A stretch of 64,000 nt of DNA. Origin: Flavobacteriaceae bacterium. Its GTDB lineage: Bacteria > Bacteroidota > Bacteroidia > Flavobacteriales > Flavobacteriaceae. The stretch spans positions 15,286 through 79,285 of the forward strand of contig JBDWSS010000055.1 of the NCBI GenBank assembly GCA_039985375.1, written 5' to 3'. A model generated the notes under the pieces. The model searched no databases and was not told the origin of the DNA. It saw only the letters and a program-made list of their open reading frames with translations. Positions 50,503-58,200 of this stretch are shown one piece after another (the first letter of the stretch is position 1; the number at the start of each line of letters is the position of its first letter). Both the position numbers and the translations under genes were made by a program.

Positions 50503-51192
50503 ATGGAGAGCAGGTGTGAAAATTGTATCATTAGACAATTCAATTCGCTAAGAGCCATGAGCAAAGACGAATTGAAGAAAGTATCCGACTCTAAAACCAC
50601 AAAAACCATAAAAAAGGGAGAACCCCTTTTTGAAGAGGGAGAAAAGCTTAATGGGGTATTTTGTGTTCGCGATGGGGTTTCTAAACTTTCTAAACTTAGT
50701 GCCAATGGCAAAGATCAAATTGTAAAATTGGCCACCAAAGGGGAGGTACTTGGACAACGATCCGTAATCGCTGAAGAATGTACCAATCTTTCTGCAATAG
50801 CTGTCAATGATATGGAAGTATGTTTCATTCCTAAAGAAAGTATTAATAATACTTTACAAAGCAATCCTAATTTCACCCTTGAGGTATTGCGTCATATGGC
50901 TCATGATCTTAAGGAAGCTGATGACGTTATTGTAAACATGTCTCAAAAAACCGTAAAACAGCGTATTGCTGAAGCTTTCCTGTATTTAAAAAACAATTTT
51001 GGCGAAGATAGCGAGGGGTTTTTGGCTCTTACCCTTTCAAGAGAAGACATATCCAATGTTGTTGGTACGGCTACCGAATCTGCCATTCGAGTTATTTCAG
51101 AATTTAAGAAACAAGGACTTATTCATACCTCAGGGAAAAAAATTGGAATAAAAAATGAACATAAATTGGTTGAATTGGTAGAAGGCTTCTAA
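50503..51192 (+). CDS. Crp/Fnr-family transcriptional regulator
   Basis: cNMP-binding-type beta-roll plus a C-terminal HTH (REDISNVVGTATESAIRVISEF). Start moved to MESRCENC (50503), because the box and -7 element lie inside the longer ORF. Confidence 0.88.
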   Translation: MESRCENCIIRQFNSLRAMSKDELKKVSDSKTTKTIKKGEPLFEEGEKLNGVFCVRDGVSKLSKLSANGKDQIVKLATKGEVLGQRSVIAEECTNLSAIAVNDMEVCFIPKESINNTLQSNPNFTLEVLRHMAHDLKEADDVIVNMSQKTVKQRIAEAFLYLKNNFGEDSEGFLALTLSREDISNVVGTATESAIRVISEFKKQGLIHTSGKKIGIKNEHKLVELVEGF

Positions 51193-51213
51193 AATACCCT
51201 ACGGTTCAAAAAC

Positions 51214-51227
51214 CTGATAATTGTCAT
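51214..51227 (+). promoter_or_regulatory. Crp/Fnr-type box upstream of the third usp
   Basis: CTGATAATTGTCAT. The -7-like TAATTTTA (51250-51257) starts at the 23rd nt after the box. 52 nt separate the box from the ATG. Confidence 0.7.
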
Positions 51228-51279
51228 AGTATCCCTTTTTACTTCGCGCTAATTTTACTTCATCCTTATAATTAGCGAT

Positions 51280-52182
51280 ATGCAGAAGATTTTAATCCCT
51301 ACAGATTTTTCAGAAAATGCGTGGAATGCCATAAACTATGGTATGCAATTGTTTCGAAATAAATGCTGTACTTTTTATTTACTTAATACATACACCCCTG
51401 TTATCCCTAGTAGTCGTTTCATGGCCAAAATGATCGATGGGGTTAGTATTGTAGATGCCGTTCGAAATTCTTCTGAACAGGGTTTACAACAAACTGTAGA
51501 TCGAATAAGGACCAAGTATGGCAACACCAATCATAGTTTTGAGACCATTTCTTCTTTTAACTTATTGGTTGAAGAAGTAAAGGACATTGTAGATGCATTT
51601 GATATTAACTTGGTTATTACGGGGACCAAAGGCGCTTCTGGGATAGATGAAGTTTTTATGGGCAGTAACACCGTTCGCATTATTAAAAGTGTAAAAAAAT
51701 GCCCTGTTTTGGCAATTCCCCAACATTTTGATTTTACCACGCCAACGGAAATTGCATTTGCCACAGATTTTAATAGATTTTATACAACCTCAGAATTAAG
51801 TCCGTTGCTAGAACTGGCAAAAATGTTCAAGGCAACAATTCGAATAGTCCATGTACAATATGGTATAAAGGCACTATCGGAATTACAGCAGTTTAACTTG
51901 AACATGCTTAGACGGTATTTTGGCAAAACGGAACACTATGTGCATACGGTATCGGAACTAAATTCGGTTTCGCAAACACTAGAAATGTTTTCGGAAGAAC
52001 TGGACATTCATTTGCTCGCACTCTTAAATTACCAGCATAGCTATATGGAAAAAATGACCCGCGAGCCTATTGTAAAACGAACAGCCTTTCATACACAGAT
52101 TCCTTTATTGGTAATTCCAGAATTGGGCATGGAAGGGCTATCGGAAAAACCTGAAGAGCAGGAACAGATGCTTTCGGATTAG
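51280..52182 (+). CDS. universal stress protein (tandem-domain)
   Basis: 300-aa ORF with two Usp halves (ILIPTDFSE...GTKGASG...VLAIP; ...LLVIPE). Confidence 0.85.
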   Translation: MQKILIPTDFSENAWNAINYGMQLFRNKCCTFYLLNTYTPVIPSSRFMAKMIDGVSIVDAVRNSSEQGLQQTVDRIRTKYGNTNHSFETISSFNLLVEEVKDIVDAFDINLVITGTKGASGIDEVFMGSNTVRIIKSVKKCPVLAIPQHFDFTTPTEIAFATDFNRFYTTSELSPLLELAKMFKATIRIVHVQYGIKALSELQQFNLNMLRRYFGKTEHYVHTVSELNSVSQTLEMFSEELDIHLLALLNYQHSYMEKMTREPIVKRTAFHTQIPLLVIPELGMEGLSEKPEEQEQMLSD

Positions 52183-52293
52183 TTTTTCTTAATCATTAAA
52201 CCTTTTTTTTTAAACCATAAAACTACTCGAAACAGTGCGGCTTTGTTTTGTTTGTATTTTATGCCATTTTTCTAACTCGGCATAACCTCATCT

Positions 52294-55200
52294 TTAACTC
52301 CCTATGTGCTGAACATACTCTGAGGGGGAACACCCAAAATACTGTTTAAAACAAGTGGAAAAATATGCCGGTTGATTAAACCCAACTGTATATCCAATTT
52401 CTGAAATGTTTACGCCACCATCTTTTAAAAGTTGAGCCGCAAGTTTAAGTCTTTGAGCTCTTATGAATTCTGTTGTAGAAAACCCGGTAAGAGCTTTTAA
52501 TTTACGATGCAAGTGCATTCTACTTAACCCAATCTGATCAGAAAATACCTTTGCACTAAAGCTTGGGTCTGTCAACTGATCATCAAGTATCTGCTGTATT
52601 CTCTGAAGTAGTTGAGCATCTATAGACGTTAACTCAATTTCATGGGGTTTCAGAAATACCTGTTGGCTAAATTTTTCCTGAATAGCGGTTCTTGAAGCAA
52701 TCAACTTTTCAATGACCACTCTTAATTTTTCTTCTTTAAAAGGTTTTACCATGTAGGCATCTGCTCCTGTTTTAAGTCCTACCAATTCATCTTCTTCCGC
52801 AGATTTCGCCGTCAATAGTACAATTGGAATATGGGAAGTCCGCTCATCTGTTTTTAGTTTGTTGCTCAAGTAAATTCCGTCTTCAACAGGCATCATAATA
52901 TCAGAAACTATTAAATCTGGTATCGTTTCAAAGGCTACTTCTACTCCTTCTTTTCCATTTTCTGCCTGAAGTATACGATAATCGTTTTTTAATAATGATT
53001 TTATAAAGAGCCTGATTTCTTCGTTGTCATCTACAATAAGTAGCAAGGGCAGGGATTCATCAGTAAGCCGCTCTTCTTCATGTTGAAGTGTTATTTCTGT
53101 ATTCTGTTCCGATTTAGATTCTTCCAAAAGGTCATTTGCCAACGCTAATTCTTCATTTGTAAAGGCATTTTTTGATATTGGCAAAGTCACACTAAATCTG
53201 ACCATTCCTGAACTTAGTTTATCCGCCTTTACATCTCCATGAGACAAATGGGAGAGCTCTTTAACCAAGGACAATCCTATCCCGAATCCTTGGTTTACCG
53301 AATTGTTTTGATAGAAACGATCAAACAGCTTTGGAAGTTCTTTTTCAGTCAAGCTTGCATTTTCGTTGCTTACCCTTATACAAACCTTATTATTGACCAT
53401 TTCTGCCCTAAAATCAATGTTACCATTTTTATCGCTGTATTTAAGGGCATTTGACAAGAGGTTTCCTACTATTTTCTCCACTAAATCTCGATCAAACCAA
53501 GATTCTCCAAGAAGTTTAATATCACTTTTAAAGGTCAGTCCTTTTCTAGCAGATTGGTAGCTGAAAGGCTCGACAAGGTGTTTGAGAAACAAGTCCAGAT
53601 TCCCTTTTGATAATTTTAGCTTTCTGCGGCCTGCTTCAATCTTGGACAAATCCAAAAGTTGATCGACCAAATCCAACAATCTATTAGCATTTCGTTCAAT
53701 CAGACCCAAGTCCGTTTTATCATCTGGCGATAATTGTTCTTTTGACAATTGATGAGCGACGGGCCCAGATATAAGGGTAAGCGGAGTACGAAATTCATGG
53801 GAAATGTTTGCGAAAAACCTAGATTTGGCTGCCTCTAACTGTCTTAATTTGCTATTGGTCCTTTGTTTGTTTCTAAAAAGAATATAAAGTGCTATAACGG
53901 CAAGACCCAAAATTAAAATACCTGCGATAAAAAGGCTTTTCTCATTTTTTGATTTTTGCTTTTCCAGTTCTGCTTGTGAGGTAAGTAAGTTTATTTCCTG
54001 CTCTTTCTTTTCTGTTTGGTATTTCTTCTCCAGTTCTTCAACCACCAAATGGTTTTGAAATCTTCTGATACTATCTTCCAAAATAGCTCTTTTCTCATAA
54101 GTTGCTACGGCTGCCTCAAAATCGTTTAGCTCGGTGTAAGCATTTATCAAACCTTTATACGCTGCTAAAACTTTAAGTCCTTCTGATTTATCATTTTCAA
54201 GACCACTTCTAATTTCAATCGTTTTATTATAATGCAGTATTGCCTTTCGGTATTCTTTCTTTGTACTATAAAGATTACCTAGTGCCGTATAATTGATAGC
54301 CAAAAAAGCAATCCTTTGAGAACCTTTGGAAAGCATATTACTTTTTAAAAGATATTTTTCAGCTTCCCCAATATCTTCTTTTAGATAGCAATTGCCCAAT
54401 CTCATGTATATTTCTGCAAGCATATTGACATCCTCATACTCCTCATAAAAGTCCTTTGCCTTTAACAAGTATTCTATAGAAATCTTGCAATTGCCTTGAA
54501 TCTCATAATGAAAGCCTAAAGCCGCTTCGCCATAATGCACCCCTTCTTGATGCCCTAGTTTTTGATACACATCAATACTCTTTTCTATGTACTTGACCGC
54601 CTGCGAGTCTTTAAGTTGGGAATATATATGACCTATATTGGAGTAAGCTGCTGCTAAGGATTTATCCAAACTATTTTGAGTGGTGTAGATAGAATCCAAT
54701 TTTAGGTAATAGGATAATGCTTTAGGATATTGAGACATTTTAAAGCTTCTATTGCCAAGGGCCACATATATGGAGGATAGCAGACGCCAGTCGTCTGTAT
54801 CTTTTGCGTTCACCAAAGCTTTATTGATAAATTTTAAGGATAAAGAGTCATTTTTCCATAGGTCATAGATAATGGATATTTTTTTATAATTATCGGCCAT
54901 AAAGGCCTTGTTTTCCAAATTTTCTGCAATGTTTGCAGCGGCTTTTATATGAAAAAGCGCACTGTCCAAGTTGGATTTAGCGAAATAGAATCTACCACTC
55001 TGAGAATTATAAAAATAACTCCCTTCTTGATACGAATTTTTTGTTGAAACCTCTCCAATACGCTTGCGATAAAAGTCGGCAGAATCCAAAGAAGTATATA
55101 AATACGACTCAAAGAGTTCATTTGAAATATTAACGGTTTCTGCCGTCCCGATCTTTTGTTTTAGAAGTCTTTTTAATGAGTCTATTTGCGGAGTTTCCTG

Positions 55201-55308
55201 ACTCCAGCTCAAGGAATACATTAATAATGTAATTAACAGGCAAAGATTGGTTTTCATACTGCTTAGTGAGGTTACTCTAAAAAGATACAAAATTTGATTT
55301 TTCATCAC
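52294..55308 (-). CDS. hybrid sensor histidine kinase / response regulator with TPR sensor region and AraC-type HTH
   Basis: 1004-aa ORF: signal/TM, about 400 aa of TPR-like repeats, a coiled coil, a TM, H-box ISHEFRTPLT, HATPase (GFGIGLSLV), receiver (LLIVDDNEE...SDIMMP...LTAK) and a C-terminal AraC HTH. An alternative start is at 55257. Confidence 0.88.
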   Translation of the reverse strand: MMKNQILYLFRVTSLSSMKTNLCLLITLLMYSLSWSQETPQIDSLKRLLKQKIGTAETVNISNELFESYLYTSLDSADFYRKRIGEVSTKNSYQEGSYFYNSQSGRFYFAKSNLDSALFHIKAAANIAENLENKAFMADNYKKISIIYDLWKNDSLSLKFINKALVNAKDTDDWRLLSSIYVALGNRSFKMSQYPKALSYYLKLDSIYTTQNSLDKSLAAAYSNIGHIYSQLKDSQAVKYIEKSIDVYQKLGHQEGVHYGEAALGFHYEIQGNCKISIEYLLKAKDFYEEYEDVNMLAEIYMRLGNCYLKEDIGEAEKYLLKSNMLSKGSQRIAFLAINYTALGNLYSTKKEYRKAILHYNKTIEIRSGLENDKSEGLKVLAAYKGLINAYTELNDFEAAVATYEKRAILEDSIRRFQNHLVVEELEKKYQTEKKEQEINLLTSQAELEKQKSKNEKSLFIAGILILGLAVIALYILFRNKQRTNSKLRQLEAAKSRFFANISHEFRTPLTLISGPVAHQLSKEQLSPDDKTDLGLIERNANRLLDLVDQLLDLSKIEAGRRKLKLSKGNLDLFLKHLVEPFSYQSARKGLTFKSDIKLLGESWFDRDLVEKIVGNLLSNALKYSDKNGNIDFRAEMVNNKVCIRVSNENASLTEKELPKLFDRFYQNNSVNQGFGIGLSLVKELSHLSHGDVKADKLSSGMVRFSVTLPISKNAFTNEELALANDLLEESKSEQNTEITLQHEEERLTDESLPLLLIVDDNEEIRLFIKSLLKNDYRILQAENGKEGVEVAFETIPDLIVSDIMMPVEDGIYLSNKLKTDERTSHIPIVLLTAKSAEEDELVGLKTGADAYMVKPFKEEKLRVVIEKLIASRTAIQEKFSQQVFLKPHEIELTSIDAQLLQRIQQILDDQLTDPSFSAKVFSDQIGLSRMHLHRKLKALTGFSTTEFIRAQRLKLAAQLLKDGGVNISEIGYTVGFNQPAYFSTCFKQYFGCSPSEYVQHIGS

Positions 55309-55391
55309 GTAAATAGAAATATCTTAAAAATCCAATTTGTTTTTATATCCCTCTAAACAAGTATACTGTAAATTTTAACGTTGCCAATATA

Positions 55392-55802
55392 TCAACCCTG
55401 TGTTTTATCCAGTAAAATGATATCCCCACTAGAATCTGTTAGTGACAACTCGCTTTCGGAAATGCTATTAATAGTTGCTGAAACGGTTTCAGAACCAAAT
55501 GTAATTACGAGTGTAGAACCGTTTAAGGTGTATGTAGCCGTGACAGTATCTGCTTCACATATTCCCGAATTTTCTTCAAAGTCTTCCTGTACAATTGAAC
55601 CATCATCATTAAATTGAAGGGAACCATTTTTTTCACAAGCTGAAAAGTCATTTGGTGTTTTTGATTCTAGATACCATTTGCCCGAAGTCAGTAAATTTTC
55701 TGTTTTCTGCATTTCCGTTAAATCGTCATCATCATTATTATCACTGCACGCGAACGACAAAAATAAAAGACCTAGAACACTAATTGTTTTTATTGTTTTC
55801 AT
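55392..55802 (-). CDS. lipocalin-like lipoprotein
   Basis: 136-aa ORF with lipobox FACS and an acidic linker. The GKWYL...C...C...L.L pattern resembles the bacterial lipocalin-like (Lipocalin_4-type) domain. Confidence 0.6.
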   Translation of the reverse strand: MKTIKTISVLGLLFLSFACSDNNDDDDLTEMQKTENLLTSGKWYLESKTPNDFSACEKNGSLQFNDDGSIVQEDFEENSGICEADTVTATYTLNGSTLVITFGSETVSATINSISESELSLTDSSGDIILLDKTQG

Positions 55803-55831
55803 AATATATTTCTTAATAGTTATGTTTTGAA

Positions 55832-57418
55832 TTATCTCCTTGCTGTAAAGGTTCTTTTCTTGTCTGTAAACCTGTGCAATGTGGTCTTATCATTCCCTCT
55901 TTTATAGAAATCTCCTATAGCTTTTCCTCCTTTACGTGCTTCTATTCGTATGGCGTTAAGATTCCAATTATCCCCTCCAGAACCTCCTCTAAATGTAGTT
56001 TGTAGCACTACCTGCGAAATCTCCGACATATTGAAGATGGTATTATTAAGAATAATATCAACCGAGTTTAAACTTTTGTCTGGCCAGCGCGTTCCTTTAT
56101 TTACATTGTTTACGACTTGCTTTCTTCCATTGCTATAATGAACTACAATATTCAGGTTGTCATTACCTCCTCTTAAATCATCATCACCTGTTCGCAGCCA
56201 CAATCTCAACTTATCGATTTTCTTTCTACTAACAGGAGTTGGTTTACCTCCAGTTGCACTTGTTCTAGGGTTTGATGTAGTGCGAGAAATTGTGGGAGGA
56301 TTGGGATTGATAAGTACTCTAAAAACTTTGTCTTTCCCGGTAAAACGTTTTAACGGAGCACCTAGTTTTTCATAAATACGCCTGTTCACATTATATCCCC
56401 TAGCGTTGACTTTCAATCCATTTAGATTGAAATTATCGTTCCCGGATATGGTATTCAACTGTACTGATTTAATCTTATTTATTGCAACTGGGGTTTTAAG
56501 GGGAATTGTGATAAACTGTGAATAATTATCTATCCATTTATTTCCTTTGTTGACATTGTATACACTTTGTTGAGAAACACCATGGTAATTGATTGTAAGG
56601 TTTAAGTTATCTCTACCTCCCCGTAAATCATCTCCTCCCACGCCAAATTCAATTACAAGTTCATGTATCTTTTTGTCGTCTGGATAATCTGTAAGTGAGA
56701 TTCGCACTGGAGATTTAGTTCGATAGTTTCTATCAACAAAATAAGTTCGCCACCTTTTCTTCGGATTTTCTAGATAATAAAACGTTTCCTCTTCAAAATT
56801 TGGAACCATTGTTTTTATCTTCCCGTTAAAGTTTGGGTCGTAAACATAAATCTTCATTTTACGTTTATAACTGCCGTTCGCAATATCTTGAGCCGAACCA
56901 AAATCGTATCCAATGGCCAATATTTGATGGTTACCGGGATCTGATTCTTCCTCACCCACACTTTGCATTCCCAAAGGCACGGGAATTCCACGATCTATGT
57001 AAGATTTCAACTCGTTAATTCTGCTACCCCTTTTATTCTCAATGCCCCAATTGAAAAACTCACTGTTACGGGCACCGCCTGGGTTAAAACCAATCTCACC
57101 CCATTTATCCAAGTTTGAAGTAAGGGAGATTACCTGACGATTGTACAGATAGCTTTGCAGCGGACTCCCCTCCGCAGGTCTATAACTCGTTTTAGGAATT
57201 GATCTACCACGGGTATTGTAATAATCCAAAGCTGAGTATACCATACCTCCACATAGTCCTCCCGTTCTCCAATCTAGAGCGTCTACAAAAATGTTTTTAA
57301 AGGTATTGTTGAACTTGAATCCATGTTGGTCAGGTTTAAAAGAAGTCATTTTCTTAGTCTGACCTATGCCTTGAAATCCAAACACAATTGAGCCAAATAG
57401 TATAATGAGATTTTTCAT
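55832..57418 (-). CDS. secreted papain-fold (Cys-His-Asp) protein with two C-terminal PLAT/LH2-like modules
   Basis: 528-aa ORF with a signal peptide. Candidate triad: C56 in GGLCGGMVY, H164 in GNHQILAIGYD (compare the papain-type HAVxxVGY motif) and D194 in YVYDPN. Two repeated modules follow, carrying GDDDLRGGxDNLN and DNxNLN motifs. Confidence 0.6.
   Translation of the reverse strand: MKNLIILFGSIVFGFQGIGQTKKMTSFKPDQHGFKFNNTFKNIFVDALDWRTGGLCGGMVYSALDYYNTRGRSIPKTSYRPAEGSPLQSYLYNRQVISLTSNLDKWGEIGFNPGGARNSEFFNWGIENKRGSRINELKSYIDRGIPVPLGMQSVGEEESDPGNHQILAIGYDFGSAQDIANGSYKRKMKIYVYDPNFNGKIKTMVPNFEEETFYYLENPKKRWRTYFVDRNYRTKSPVRISLTDYPDDKKIHELVIEFGVGGDDLRGGRDNLNLTINYHGVSQQSVYNVNKGNKWIDNYSQFITIPLKTPVAINKIKSVQLNTISGNDNFNLNGLKVNARGYNVNRRIYEKLGAPLKRFTGKDKVFRVLINPNPPTISRTTSNPRTSATGGKPTPVSRKKIDKLRLWLRTGDDDLRGGNDNLNIVVHYSNGRKQVVNNVNKGTRWPDKSLNSVDIILNNTIFNMSEISQVVLQTTFRGGSGGDNWNLNAIRIEARKGGKAIGDFYKRGNDKTTLHRFTDKKRTFTARR
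55844..56215 (-). repeat. PLAT-like module 2 (aa 402-525) of the 528-aa protein
   Basis: LRTGDDDLRGGNDNLNIVVHY...NNVNKGTRW...GGDNWNLNAIRIEA aligns motif for motif with module 1. Confidence 0.6.
56315..56668 (-). repeat. PLAT-like module 1 (aa 251-368) of the 528-aa protein
   Basis: EFGVGGDDLRGGRDNLNLTINY...YNVNKGNKW...GNDNFNLNGLKVNA. A Pro/Thr/Ser linker separates it from module 2. Confidence 0.6.
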
Positions 57419-57441
57419 GATCTATTTTTTGGTTTTGGTTA

Positions 57442-58071
57442 TTAATCTGGAAGGTTGTAAAATGCTTTTACAGCTTCATAATCGTTGTAGTCCAATGCTG
57501 ATTTTCCACTTACATTTATATTGCCTGGGATTATGACATAGCGGAGTCGGTTATAGATAATGCCCTCAAACTGTCCAAAAGTATCCCTAGTTTCAAAATC
57601 TCGATCATACCTTCTAATGGTTATCCATACATCGCCGGATATACCTCTAACATTCATTGATCGTGAAATATTTAAAGCTCCAGTACTTGTACTATATGAG
57701 TTCCAAGGAACAAGAAACGTAGATCCGTTATTGGTAATCCAATAAAAGAGAATTACACCATCATCGTAATTTTCTCCAAATTCCGGGTCTGTAACAGCCA
57801 TTCGTTTAGCTCTAGGGGTGTCAAACTCATTCCATTCTGGAAAGAACCAATCTGAATAAATGACATTGGCATTGCCATCTTCCCCATCTGCACCAATTGG
57901 GCCTTGTTCTCCCTGCTCACCCTGTTCCCCCTGAATTCCTTGAGAACCATCTTCACCTGAAATGCCTTGCGGTCCTTGTGGTCCAACAGCGCCATCCTCA
58001 GAAGAACATCCACCCAAACTGATAAATAAAGTGAGGAGTAACAGTTTTGAAATTGCATTCAATTTTTTCAT
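57442..58071 (-). CDS. collagen-like-repeat lipoprotein
   Basis: 209-aa ORF with lipobox LGGC, then 14 uninterrupted Gly-X-Y triplets and a globular C-terminal domain of about 140 aa with no motif I recognise. Confidence 0.8.
   Translation of the reverse strand: MKKLNAISKLLLLTLFISLGGCSSEDGAVGPQGPQGISGEDGSQGIQGEQGEQGEQGPIGADGEDGNANVIYSDWFFPEWNEFDTPRAKRMAVTDPEFGENYDDGVILFYWITNNGSTFLVPWNSYSTSTGALNISRSMNVRGISGDVWITIRRYDRDFETRDTFGQFEGIIYNRLRYVIIPGNINVSGKSALDYNDYEAVKAFYNLPD
57868..57993 (-). repeat. Gly-X-Y collagen-like tract (14 triplets)
   Basis: GAVGPQGPQGISGEDGSQGIQGEQGEQGEQGPIGADGEDGNA, read directly from the translation (aa 27-68). Confidence 0.85.
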
Positions 58072-58200
58072 AATCCGTGTTTTATTAGTTATATATTATA
58101 GGTTAATGGGGGAGTCTTATATCCTAACTACTCCATTTGAAGACGGCGTAATTTAAGAACATGGTAAAAGTATTTTGAGGTGATTGCAGTCCCTATTCAA

